A stretch of 58,485 nt of DNA, counting the filler, from Basidiobolus ranarum (taxonomy: Eukaryota): the NCBI GenBank assembly GCA_040143965.1. It is 9 parts of 9 records of this genome, joined end to end, with 100 filler letters (N's around TTAATTAATTAA, not from the genome) between each part and the next. Parts side by side here need not be neighbours in the genome. Positions count along the whole stretch, not along the records: positions 26,080 to 32,484 come from JASJQH010001320.1; positions 32,585 to 38,987 come from JASJQH010001321.1; 7 more parts are not named here. One strand, 5' to 3'. The translations under genes were made by a program, and so were the position numbers. The notes below the pieces were generated by a model. That model saw only the letters and a program-made list of their open reading frames with translations. It was not told where the DNA came from and ran no database searches. Shown one piece after another: positions 25,980 to 39,087 of the stretch (the stretch's first letter is position 1; every line of letters begins with the position of its first letter).

Positions 25980-28900
25980 NNNNNNNNNNNNNNNNNNNNN
26001 NNNNNNNNNNNNNNNNNNNNNNNTTAATTAATTAANNNNNNNNNNNNNNNNNNNNNNNNNNNNNNNNNNNNNNNNNNNNTCATGATCGCAGTCCTATCTT
26101 CTTGGGATCCAAGGAGGACGTTTTGGACTTAGAGAAGTTCTATGAGCAATACAGCAAATAATCAGGTCACTTCCGTCACGTTCTATGCATTTTAATTGAG
26201 TATTTCACTTCATTGAGACAATCATATACCTCTTCATCTCATGTACACAGTTTAGCATTTTCTTTGTCATCATTTCGGTTTGATAAGATTTAATAAAAAT
26301 TATGAACTCTTCACAAACGGATATAATGCACTCCATAATAACGATTACGTTGGTAACAGATTGAAATTTCACCAAACGGCCACAGCACGCCGGTCTCACT
26401 GATCTTGCATTATGAACACTACCGTAATCGGAAAATGGTTTCAAAGTGTGGGAAAACTTAGTAGTAATCATATGAAACAGTGATGGCGAATTGTGGTTAT
26501 ATCATTCGAATAGATATAATTGGTAATCTCCAAAGATCGAGTGACAATAATAGACTACGCAATCAAGTGATTTTAATTTCATATTAGGTATCTTGAAGCA
26601 GGGGTAGGCAACTCCATCCATTGGCTAACATCTAAAGTTTGAACAGAGTAGTATGCATGCAAAAGTGGGATATAACAACTGTATTCAGAATAAGCAACTG
26701 TAGATTTTCTAGAGTTTATTAGATCCTGGTGATGATGGAGCTTGCCTCTTGGCTACTAGTTATTTCTATAACTGGAACCTCTTAGGCCTGGACTTAGTGC
26801 ACTTGATATACAGACGCCATAATAACTGACTTCTAATCATCCGATTAATTCTATACTTGGATACGCTTAGAGCTTTTTTGAATTACAGAATGATACGTAC
26901 CTCCAAGTTACAAATTCACTATTCAGTTCGAATACACTTTAATATTTGAGTCTAGCCTTTAGTTTTTCCGATTCTTACTTTATGTTGAGAACGCTAACTT
27001 GGGTACCTAATTGAACATATTTGTAACGCATCTGAAACTCGGTTAATTGAAAAACGGGTAAATACATGTTGGTACCTGTATACATGCTCTAAATGGATTT
27101 AAAAGTCACATATTACTCAAAGTATTCTCTACATATTTTATTATCAACACTTGCAGCGAGTTAAATTTACATTAAGGTAACAAGTTGATTAGTTTCAGTA
27201 TTGTAAAATAAAAAGATAGATATTGAAAATCTGAAGATATACCATATTTGTGATGGATATAAATTCATCTATCTCTGCTTATTTACATACTTCTGCAATG
27301 CTTTGCATGGTTCTTATTCAAGTCTCTGGGAAAATCTCAAAGTATTTGAGATCATTAGAAGAAATGTGATTTGCACTTTATGTTCAATGAATTTTATAAT
27401 AAGTATTTACACTTAAGTTGAAAATACAATATAGCAACTGCAACATGTGCCTAAGGTACTAAAGATAAAGAGGTAAAAATTTTGGATGGGTTTTAAATTT
27501 TTTCCTTTTCCTACAATTTTCACACACAACCAAATTCATATTATATACTTGATTGTTGAAATATTTGATACATAAAAAATGAATATGGTAAGTATAATAG
27601 ATGAATACTTAGGTACTGAGCTCTTATAGTTATTCCTTCACCACAAAAAACAATGATTATCCTGATTATAATTAATCCCACAAACATAAGATTTGGCTTG
27701 AAGAATTTGTACTGAAGATCATTCCAGAGACAGACAAATTTTTGTGCTTTTCAATATAGGATTTATGATCAACAATATGATTATTTTTAGCGTATCAGCG
27801 GGCATAACTAACCAATTCGGATGCCAAAATTAACAGGTTGCTTTGCTACGGTTACAAAAATCCATATATCGTGTTTAGTGTACCAAGTGTTTATTCCACA
27901 GGTCAACATATAGTTTGGATACATATCAAAATTACTCAGAAATGACAAAATGTGCAAGCTCACTCAAAACTTCCCCAGCTGTTCTTAAAATAATGTAGTT
28001 GCCTTAGAGACATATCTCTATTGTCATCCTACACCACTTATTACTCTCTTAAACACTTCATCGCAATTGTTTACAACATTTCCCCTATTCTTGTGAGTTT
28101 GACTGATTCACATTAATTCATATCCTCAATGAATACTTTATCTGCAGAAGTTTGCTTAGCATCTCATTCTTCTGCATAGATGAACGGTCTCCTAAATCCA
28201 TAAGCAGTAACTAATTGGCAACTGTTCCATTGGACCCCCCTTTGTGATAATTACACCAAATGATGTAATGCTATTTGAACATGGTTAACACCACTATATG
28301 AAATAGCTTTGTTTGCCATGTAACAGTTGATAGACTACCATTTTGTAACAGAGTTTAGCTTTTGTGAACTATTATCAACTAAAGCCTTACTATTTATTTA
28401 TTAAATCTTTTGCATCAATTGTATTTCTTTTGAGCACCATTAATATAAACGTTGAAATATCAAATGTGGAGAAAAGGCAATATAGATGACTATTCCAGAA
28501 TTTCCCAAATATTCAGCACCGACTTTGAAAAGCAATTGGAATGAGTGCTCGCTATTTTCTCTGTTTCTATCTTCATCATTATCATTCATTTTAATATACA
28601 GAACCAAGACTACATTGCTTAACATTGATAAGAACATTTTCAACAAATTTCCAATATTCGGAAATTAAATAACTTGTATTATAGAGGCCAAATATGAAAT
28701 ACAGCATCTACTTGTAAAAGATTTAGCTGCAATATAATAAGAATCTTATTTGAATTAATGATCTCGGTTATCTGCTGAATAATCACAACCACTATACATC
28801 TACATGAACACATGAGCAAGTAGACTTACAAGGGCTTATAAACCCATTTGATAGAATATACGAGCTTCAATGCCAAGTAGAAACCTGAAAATTAACTTCA

Positions 28901-29338
28901 TTGGGCCCAAAATGAGTTTCGTTACTGAATATTCACATATTATTATTGGTACGATAATCGGCAATTCCTCGTATTCTGTTGGGTTTTCTTAGTCTGGTAA
29001 ATGACTCTCAGTAAAGAGGTTTGAGGCATTAGATTTATCTAGAAACATATGAACCACCTCTTGCATGAGTTTTTAGTGTGAATTTTATTGGTTCGGAATG
29101 ATTATCTTGAATGGGGAGATAGGGGGCCAAATACCATAAAGCGATAGGGCTAGGGTGAAACCATAGGGATAGAATTTCGCTTTCATTTGCGGCCTCACCA
29201 AGCTACGCACGAAAGTTCATCTACCAAAACCAATATGTAGAATTGGGTTCAACCCCTTGGACTCATAAACGTTAGTTCAATTGGATTTAAGTGATTGGAG
29301 GGTCGTTGCATCCCGAGTCATTTCTGCTCCTTCTCATT

Positions 29339-30101
29339 ACCTCAAGGGTACTCTTAGACAAGGAAACAACGATCCCGTCTCTTGCCATTCTATTGGCCTA
29401 TCCACTTACAGTGGAGATCATGCCAATCTCCACTTTAAACGCTCTATGCAGGTCCTTAATACGGGTAGTCGAATAATAATACCAGTTATTGTAATTCTGA
29501 TCTAACTGTGGTGGCACAAAGAATATATGAGTACCAATGAAAACAGCATGCAAGTTTTGTATTTTGTTGGGATTGGAGTAGAATCGACGAGTATCTATTA
29601 GAGGTAGTGCAACATAATTGATATAGAAATCGATACAGTACCGCGAAGGTACTCAAAATGAATTCTGGGCATAACCATATGTGGCATGGATTTCTTCTAT
29701 TCGAGTGGATACTGCATAGGTTAGTGCCGACACCTTGGAGAAATCTTCATATAGCCCATTACAAACTGCTCAATGAAAAAACTCTGCTAAACATCACTTG
29801 GTGTTTGTCACTTATCTAGACAGTAGTCATTATTTCATGAACACTGAGTTTGCTGTCAACCGTCGCTTAACCCCAAAGTCAATAAGGCCACTACAACACC
29901 AAGTCTGACCTTTAGGGTTCTGGCACGAGCATACGTCAATAATCTCGTCATATAGATTTTACTGTTGAAATCCGCAGATTCCGTCATTTATATTGGCCAA
30001 AGTAAACAGACGCGAGGTATGGAATATTCTGATGAGTAAGGGAAAGGCGGTTACTCAAAATCAAGCAATATCCCAGTAATGCCATAACCCGACAGGTACT
30101 C
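29339..30101. promoter_or_regulatory. Cluster of four ZRE-like palindromes ACC-N5-GGT upstream of the ZIP gene (29339, 29640, 29908, 30087)
   Basis: ACCTCAAGGGT, ACCGCGAAGGT, ACCTTTAGGGT and ACCCGACAGGT, compared with the yeast Zap1 ZRE ACCTTNAAGGT; three are followed by ACTC. Confidence 0.6.
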
Positions 30102-30402
30102 GCATCATCCTGAATCATACGGTTAGATTGGTTTAGCGAATAGAAGCGTGGGTTGCTAGATAAGACGGTGGTGGTACATAGGTATTCTTTGGTATTTCAA
30201 AGACGTCATCCAGAAATTGATGGGGAATGGCTATCAGGAAAGGCAACAAGGTGAAATTGAAATTGGCCTACGGGAGATTAAACATGTCTCTTGATAAATC
30301 TACAGTACAGCCTAATAAATACGATTTGAACCAATGGTGGAGATCCAATGGCTGAAACTGCCTAATATACTTTCTCCGAAGATTGTTCCATGATTAAATG
30401 CG

Positions 30403-30411
30403 TATATATAA
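30403..30411 (+). promoter_or_regulatory. Putative TATA box of the ZIP gene
   Basis: TATATATAA about 75 bp upstream of ATG 30485. Confidence 0.5.
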
Positions 30412-30484
30412 GCATGGCTCAACCATGATTTTTCTCTCTATTCAACAATTGCTTCGTCTCATTATTTTCCCTAATACTAAAGAG

Positions 30485-31716
30485 ATGACTACCATCAAAT
30501 CGATTGATAGATTCTTTCTGTCATTTCTTGTCTTTACATTTGCAGCCGTAGCCCTAGCCCAAGATACAGTTATTGTACCCAAGCATGCTGGTATGTATCT
30601 CTTCCTTGCTTTGAATACCACCAAGTGGATATCCGTTTGACTAACCTTTGTTCTTTCTTGCTTTCCTTAGGCCCTGGACATGACCACGATCATGATGATG
30701 AAAATGCTTGCGGTGCTGAGGAGATCATCAATTATAGTATGCCACTCCACATCGCCGCCATCTTTATCGTCTTAATCACAAGCGCACTCGGCATCTTCTC
30801 CTCCTTAATATTGAGTAGATTCCCAGCTCACAAGGTAACAGACTTCGCTGTCAACATTGGTAAACATTTCGGAACCGGAGTGATTTTAGCCACTGGTTTC
30901 ATTCATATGTTCCCTGGAGCCTTGTTCGCCTTGACCAATCCATGTGTCCCCAAAGCAATTAGTGCCGAGTACACTTCATTTGCTGGATTGTTCGCAATGC
31001 TCGCTGCCCTCATTTTACAAGCCATCGAATATATCGCCTGCCAGTATTATAGTAAACGTTTAAGCACTAATGCTGAGCATACACATACTCATGTAACTAC
31101 TACTGAGGCCAAAGAAAGTTCCTGTAACGCCGATGAACATTTACATGCTCATGTAACTGCTACAGAGGCCAAAGAGAATGCTTGTGCCGTTAATGAGCAT
31201 TGTCATGCCCATGGGAGTCTTATGGATCTAGAGAACCGTCGAATCTCTACATACCTTCTTGAACTCGGAATTGCTCTTCACTCCGTCCTCATTGGCATAT
31301 CTGTAGGAGTCGCCTCTGGTACTGAATTCACTCCCTTACTCATTGCCGTAGTATTTCATCAGTTCTTCGAGGGTCTGGCTCTTGGTGCCCGTATCGGTGA
31401 GCTTTCATTCACCAACCGATTGATCCCTTACCTCTCAGCCCTCTTCTACACCATCATAACACCTATCGGGGTAGCTATTGGGGTGGGGATTCATGAGACA
31501 TACAATGGCAACTCAGCAACCAACCTACTAGTCACCGGGATCTTTGACTCGATCTCAGCGGGAATTCTGATTTACATGGCATTTGTCAACTTGATCGCCA
31601 CCGAGTTCCAGAACAATCCTAGATTTATGAGTGAACGAGGATCAGTGAAGTGTGTGTACTATGTAGCGATGTGGTTAGGTGCTGGGGTAATGGCATTGAT
31701 TGGCCGTTGGGCATAA
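30485..31716 (+). CDS. ZIP-family zinc/iron permease (Zrt1/Zrt2-like), 383 aa; exons 30485-30590 and 30671-31716
   Basis: KHFGTGVILATGFIHM, LLELGIALHSVLIG, FHQFFEGLALG and DSISAGILIYM motifs. Signal-peptide-like exon 1. The GTATGT...CTAAC...TAG intron is in frame. Confidence 0.95.
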
Positions 31717-33149
31717 ATTACCAAAAAAGTGTAAATCCATTCAAATAATGTATAGTTAAAAAAAAAGGCATTTGCTGTCGAGTTCATCTAATTCCTTATC
31801 ATCAGTAATTTCATGTCAATTTAGTTTAGTAAAAAAAAAAATTCATTCCATTAGAAAAAATAAATCCATCAAATTTCCCGATAATATTTCGAATCCAATG
31901 CGAAAGTTGACTTTCGGTTAATTATTTCCAACTCTAAAATCTTAATATATTTTAAATTATTGAGAACTCAACGCCAGTTAAGCTCATTTAATCTTAAATA
32001 TTCCTATTTCATCCATCTTCCGTGATGAAGGCTTTTAGCTCTCGAGATTTATAAACTAGTTTGAATGATATGCTGCTCTTCACCAGTGTGCTCACTTGTC
32101 AGTAAGATGGCTAGTTTTGAGCTAGGCAATGCGTGAACTTTCAAATTTCAGGGGAGAATTTCCTATTCTTGGCGGTAAATATAAAGGATTAGTGAAATTA
32201 GGGAGTTTCTATCCAATTGAAACCTTACAATACTCGTGAGGTACTCAATCATTATGGTGTAACGTAACAGAAGGGTTTCTTTCTGCAAATAATATTCCAT
32301 GGAAATCATCGATAAGAGCCCAAGTAGTTACATTTTAAGGTTGTTTTTATTTGTTAGATTAAGTATAAATGTTGAGACAAAATGAACCAATGAGGTTTAC
32401 TAAGATTGGAAAATTATATGAAGGGAATCATAAATATTTATCAATCTAATTCAATAAATCAATCCCCCTTTTATCATAACTTCCNNNNNNNNNNNNNNNN
32501 NNNNNNNNNNNNNNNNNNNNNNNNNNNNTTAATTAATTAANNNNNNNNNNNNNNNNNNNNNNNNNNNNNNNNNNNNNNNNNNNNAGGGAATATACTGTGG
32601 CAAGTTCAAGAGTTGGGGTGTTGGGGACTACAAGGACCAATACAAAGAGGGATGATGTAAGGATGATCAGGTGACCTTCCATGGAAGGTCTTGGCAGAAA
32701 TACACTATGTGTGGGATGACATAATTGGTTAGGTTTCATTGAATATTCCAAAGAATTTGACTTCCATATATGGTAACCTGTATGAACTAACACCAGATTG
32801 TCTTTTTTTTCAACTTGTGATATACCACCAACAGTACTGGAATAAAAAAGGTCAACATTAAAAAGCAAGTCCTCAAAGTTGTCTGGACTTCCTGGTTCAA
32901 CAAAAGTTGCATTTCTACCTACATCATTTGGATCATATTACCGTAGTAACTCCACAGTATCTTGACTTTTGGCAGTGTTACCAAAACCTAGAGGCAAAGT
33001 ACAGCCAGTAGAATTAGTGGGCAAAACTAAAGTCAATTCTGTGCACTTATTATTGTTGAAGTTCACCCACCTTTGTGCAGATGGTGGCTTTGTACAGTGA
33101 ACATGCTCATGATTATTTTTCTATGATGCCTCTGGCTTTCATAGCACAA

Positions 33150-34893
33150 AAATCTGTGAAAATGATAGTAAGGTTTTGTTAAACATTTGTGTTGTGGCAT
33201 GCAAAGGATATTGTAGAAAAACAATGTCTCCTATGTGAGGGCAGTATTTTGGGTATTTTCCACCAATATCATCAGCTGATTATGAGATGGTGTCACAGAT
33301 GAGACATCAGGGAATTCACAAGATATTCCTGGTAAAGAATGACAATTTTGGCTTGCTATAAGCTGTTTCTAAGAAATTGCATTACACCAAGTTTACCATT
33401 CAAAAATTTCAATTCTACTCAAAAGCATTCAAAATCAAAATCAAAATTGGCTTCCAAGCCAAAACCTGCTGGTACAAAAAGAAAAAAACCAGCAAGAACA
33501 GAGGACTTGATTGATGAGTAGTCTAATGTTCCACTATCCAATTTGGAAGACATAAATATGCCAGAAACTAACTCTAGTAATGATGAAGCACTAATCAATA
33601 TACCAGATGTGTTCCTTTCCTACAATAGTGCAAGTGAAGAGATTGTAATCCCTCAATTAGGTGGTGAATGAATAGTTGAGCAAAGTTCAACAGAAACACT
33701 GTCAAGACAATCAAGTTCCAAAATGGCTACTTTGCCCATTATTGCACAACCTTCCTTAGAGAATTTGGATAGAATTATTACACCAATGGAATTGTAGGCA
33801 GAGCATCATGCTGATTTGTATTCAATCATAAGTAAAAACTACAAAGTTGCTATACAACCCATGACTTATGAAATTTGCCCCTAGGTTAAAGGCAAGGAAA
33901 AAGCCACACAAACACCACAAAGCCTCCTCAGTAGGGTCACACTACAAGGAGATATAAAAGTAGTCAAAATGCTTGAGGAGTATTTTCAAAAATATGAAGG
34001 GAAAAACGCGGTGCAAGTTTGCAGCAAGTGGCTTCAGAAGAAGAGTATTCAGCTTGACATTCAGTCTGGTGATGACCATTCAGATATTGTTGAAATTAGG
34101 TAAATAGCAACTCATTATTTAGTAGTTAGTTTATTCATTTTCTGATTATTTAGCACTCAATTCTGTTATTCAAAAATGTGTGTTTATTCCTCTAAGTGAT
34201 AGAAATATCAATTAGATCACTTTTACCAATTTTCACCATTTTCTCAAAACTTCTCCAAATCACCTCAAATTTTCACCCATGCTTAACAGGCATGTTTGTT
34301 ATGATATAAGCATGGCCATTAGTCCTATTTCATAGTAAACTATCAATAGGACATATTCAATTCAATAAAACTTAAATGTCTAATTCACAAATCCAAATCT
34401 TGTCCGAAACACTTTTATCAGATATTTGTGGGGAACATTATACAGAGTGGCACAATAATGCAGGGTATCAGCCAGATAGCTGGAAAAATGTTGCTTCAGC
34501 AATGTTAATACAATAGTGGGCTTTGATGGAGATATTGACACAAGCTTGTGTTGGGTGTGAGCTAAACCTTGGTATGAAGAGCTTTGTAAATATTCTGGTT
34601 AATATATCAAAGCAACTAGCAATTTTGAAGGTAAAAAATTAGCATTCAAGTAGCAAAGGTGTAAAATTAGAGTTACATTCTTACACAGATTTTGCTCCAT
34701 AGTTCACTGAGCTTTTAGCCAAGCCTGTGCAACTCTTTTGCAAGATCTTAAAATCTTACTCTTGAAACTGAAAAAATTGATTAGGATCAAATCTAACTTG
34801 ACAATTTTATGATGTTTAGTAAACAGTCAATACCACAGGGATCCACATTGTGATGGCTTTCCTACAATAACAATCCTCAAATCTCTGTTAGGG
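33150..34893 (+). mobile_element. CCCTA-family transposon copy with terminus at 34893
   Basis: Homologous to the other copies; ends CTCTGTTAGGG. Start coordinate approximate. Confidence 0.75.
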
Positions 34894-35650
34894 TTTCATC
34901 TGGTGTTCTTGGCTGCTGATAAGGTCAGCCTTTACAACAATATATCAGCCGGTTCATGTGACTTAACAAAGTATGTCATTGGAATGGTGTGAAGCAATTG
35001 GCAAGTGGGATAGTAGAGCCAGAAAACACTGGCTCCTTCTCTGTTTGCTTGGGCCCACTAACTTCCTGCTCCTTAAGTACAGCTTTAGCTACTTATCCTA
35101 ATTTTTCATGATCAAAATGATGTATATTCTTGAGATGCTCTATGAATATGACTATACCAGCCCAATTGGAACAAACGGGGTAAACTTGGGAACAAACTTG
35201 CAGAGTTTCCCAGATGTGAAAGAGTTCATCATTGTAGCTGTAACAGAATTACCAACATTCAGAGTATTTTGTTTGCCAGATTTCACTTGGGATTCCTACT
35301 TCCAGGTGCCCAGGTATATTTGGGTTAATTTGTAAGCTTCACAGTTGCATGCATATTCTGCCATACTAGAATGAAACAGTGCTGCTCATATGTGTGGTGT
35401 AGGATTGATCAGATCCAGTATGAGAATGGATGGTTGGAGCAGCATGTTATTGTAGCTCAAGTGCAACATTTTAAGGTCCAATTTTACTGTTGAGCAACTC
35501 TCTAACTGATGAACAATTGTTAAAATTGTGTTGTTTTCTTTATATAGTGCTGCATTGCTGCTTGTCATGGATAGTTTAGTAACTTTCTAGTCATATGATC
35601 TCAAAAGAAACATTTATTTAGATTGTGGACATTTTTTCAATGGCATTAAC
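34894..35650 (-). mobile_element. Diverged relative of the CCCTA-family second gene, inverted orientation
   Basis: The reverse complement shares CATGACAAGCA...CATCAGTTAGAGAGTT...CTTGAGCTACA and GCTAAAG...GAGCAGG...TCCCACTT.CCAA blocks with 19860-20550. Confidence 0.6.
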
Positions 35651-36149
35651 ACAGAAATTATTGTAACAGTCTCTTGTGCCAACAAAGCCATGGGCTTTGT
35701 AGAGAAAACAATACAAGCATGGCCTGTAAGCTAATGCACAGTTGCAAAAAACTTGATGAATTCCAACAATAATAAGCTCACAAAGACCACTCAAGCTTTG
35801 ACCACTGAGTGCATTAGATAGGCTGTATCTGCAAGCTTTAGTAACATTCGTGACAATGAGGTTTTTCTGGAGTTGCTATAGTTATATGAACAAAATAATG
35901 GCTGTAGAAGTGTCAGTTTGGTCAAGTCAGTAAGTCCAGATACCTTTGCAGACAAGCTGCTAGCTGTGGATCTTGATTTTCCTTGCACTGATGGCAGTAT
36001 ATCATAAGATGAAGATGGAGGTAACAGTTTTGTTATTGATTATTTGCTATTTAGGAGCATCAGTCCACACATTGCACCTACAGGAAAGGAAGCAGCTTTG
36101 AGTGGTCAGCAGTGGAGAGGTCAATCAAAGTGCAGCAACCTTGTGTTTA

Positions 36150-36520
36150 TTACTTAGCTTTAGCTTCAACCACAGTTCAGTGGTAACCATTGCTAGGGAC
36201 AGACCTGCTACAGGTGGAAGACTCTTGTCAATTTCATGCCTTATATTCCTTCAATAGTTAAATTAAAGGCATGTCCAAATGGTAGTTTAGCTTTTCCAGT
36301 GATCTGGAGAACCTGGAGTCATGTACTATTTGCACACACTTGGCAATTACGGAACAGGTGAATATTGTTGACCTTTGGTGAACTTACTACAATAACTGGA
36401 CTTGGAGTTTTGACAAAACCATCCAAAAATATATCATTGGTCCAGTACCAAAGTACAAGTGTAAAGCTGATGGCATTACCAATATACCTGATGCATATCA
36501 CTACCTAAATCAGAAAAGGC
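36150..36520 (+). mobile_element. EnSpm/CACTA-like transposase N-terminal remnant
   Basis: CPNGSLAF..DLENLESCTICTH Cys motif, and DNA similarity to the reverse complement of 55240-55573. Confidence 0.6.
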
Positions 36521-36849
36521 AAGGTTTCTAATAGAACCTATGTGAACATTTATTTGCTTTAACTCTAGATGGTTTCACACTGGCTAAATATGGGTTGAAA
36601 AGAATCAAGATTATAGTAACCTTCCAACACAGGCCTTTTTTCAATATGCTTATGGGTTTTGCATTGTTTGAGCATGATTAAAAAACAAGACTCATCCCAT
36701 GATACAGAGTGAATACAATAAAATTCAAACCATATTATTCTTGCAATAACCTGATGGCATTTTTAGAAAAGTTGCACAACAGACTTCTTGGTGAAATAGA
36801 TAAAGATATGAAGTATTATTGTTTTAGCCACAGCATAATTTATTAAAGC

Positions 36850-37560
36850 CTTGACACTTTTACTTGTGTCAGGACATTAGCAGATTGCAAGTTGTAGATA
36901 TTTTGGCTTCATTTGTTAATGATATCTACAAAAATGCAAGGGCTTATTCTCATTATCAATGACAACAAGAGTAAGCTATTTGCCAAGTTTCAGTTCTATT
37001 CAAGATTTCAGCTGCTCAGCAACTATTCCACCTTTATTTATTGGCAAAATATAGATATTGCTGAGCCATGTCTAATCAATTAAGTATGTGCATTGGCCAA
37101 CACTAAATGCAACACAAATCTGGTATTTTATGACTCTTGTTATTGTTGAAATTTGAAACCTGAAGTATCTAAATACAGTCATGCTTAGTAACTTGAACTA
37201 TGATTTGACTGAGCTTTTCTTATCTGGCCCAAAGTGACACTATCATCAACATTGCTCCCATAGAATTTGAGTTCTGTCAAACACATTGAATTAAATTTTG
37301 CTGCAGGAGCAAAATTTGCCACATAATCTATTCCCAATGCTTGGGAAGAGCCTTTTCTGCATTGCAATCAGGGTTGTGTGTAACTTTAAGCATCATTTAT
37401 TTGCTAACAAATGTTCCATCATCCGGTAGGTTGGTTAAATTCAAAGTATCATTATCCAATAAAGCCCAATATTTGTCAGCCATTCCAGATCTCAAAACAT
37501 TCCCATGATTGCCTTTCAGCACTTGCAGTACATGCTGATTTGCTTTGGTTAGTTTTGTTA
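36850..37560 (-). mobile_element. Heavily decayed Copia RT fragment
   Basis: GMADKYWALLDNDTLNLTNLP and KGSSQALGIDYVANFAPAAKFNS resemble Copia RT (AM..E..aL..N.TW; KGfsQ..GiDY.etFAPva). Bounds approximate. Confidence 0.7.
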
Positions 37561-39087
37561 TCTTTTAGATGTTTCTGTTGAAGGTATCATGCTTTAACTT
37601 CCATACTGGATTTGTAGGTTTTAATGCATCAGTTCCTCTACCATGACTGGAAAGAACTATGGCTTGAGGTCAATGTGATGTGGTACAAGTTGGCTTGTCT
37701 TGTCCAGTTTGCGTTTTTTATGTAGACTTGCTTCTTCACAAATGTAACCTCCACATATTGAGTCAACTGCTCATTGATGCTTAAGTGGACTTCTACATAT
37801 TAGCTGGGAACCTCTTTCTTGAGGTTCCCTAAGTCATGTGTTTTCACCCACAATGAAAGCTTCATCTCTTTTGACTGGCATTGCAAAAGTCTGATCAGTT
37901 TTGAACTGCTTTCCAGAAAATCTTCTAGCTCAATAAGTTTCCCGCCTTTCTTTTTCCACCTCTGTAGCTGACTGAAGCAATAGTTTCTTGAAGTGATGTT
38001 TAGAACTCAGCAACTTCCATCCAATGTTGCTGCAAAGACTCATTTTGCAGTATTCCATCAACCGCTATAGTTGCTTCTAGTTCATACAAGTAAAAATGCT
38101 TATAGAAGTGTAGCTCTGCAGTCTCAAAGCAGAAACTCCCTTTTTTCAAGGCATCCTTTCCATCATCATAAGTTTTTTTTGCTATTTCAAGCAGACCCAT
38201 ATCAGTGTGCAGATATAATATTCTTCTCAAAGTAGAGTCCAAAGTTGCCACCCCTTTCTCTACCAAAGTAGCCTGGGAATGAGGAAGAATCTACTTGCAC
38301 AATGTAGTTGGGAAGCATTGGTACCCACTGGCAGATGGACCAAGTGCATACTCATCTATCCAAAGCCTTTTGTTTTGGGAAAAAATTCAAACTACTGAAT
38401 CTATTGTCCCAGGCACCCTCAACATCAATCATCGCTGAAGATAGATAATTTTCACTAACTTGAAGGCTGGCACAAAAGCTTCTTGTACTTTTACCACCAG
38501 TGATAGTGATTTGAAATCTGATTTGGTAATAGTTTAGGTAACAAGAACAAAATTGGCAAGCTGCTTTCTGGAAGGTTTGGGAGTTTGTGAGCCACAATAT
38601 ATACTAACTGTAGCTTCTAAGGTGGCAAAAGTAAAGCCAGTAGTTGCTTTTAGATTAATCAGGAATGACCATTTAGTGTAGATGGAGGGCATGTTAGAAA
38701 TTTTAATCAAGCTGGCTCAATATAAATAGATCTTTTTGTGTGTTATATTTCTCAAACAGTTTCAATAATGATAATATAGGAGCTCTTTGATATATATAGT
38801 AATTATGCAGCATGCTAAAACTGATTCTCCCTGATTTACAATCAACATATGACTTGTTCCATTGTGCCAGGATTTATTGGACCTTGGACTAATATATCAG
38901 AGTAAATGTGATTGAATTTGCTCATGCCAGATATGAATATCATGTTCTTCTTGAGAGCTTGAGGAGACCAAAATATTGTCAAGGTAGNNNNNNNNNNNNN
39001 NNNNNNNNNNNNNNNNNNNNNNNNNNNNNNNTTAATTAATTAANNNNNNNNNNNNNNNNNNNNNNNNNNNNNNNNNNNNNNNNNNNN

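Noticed and set aside
27700-28700. Possible decayed coding or TE sequence (likewise 7100-7450, 18800-19470, 32585-33150, 37700-38600, 46900-47600)
   Set aside because: Fragmented frames with no motif I could recognise; they need a translated search before any call.
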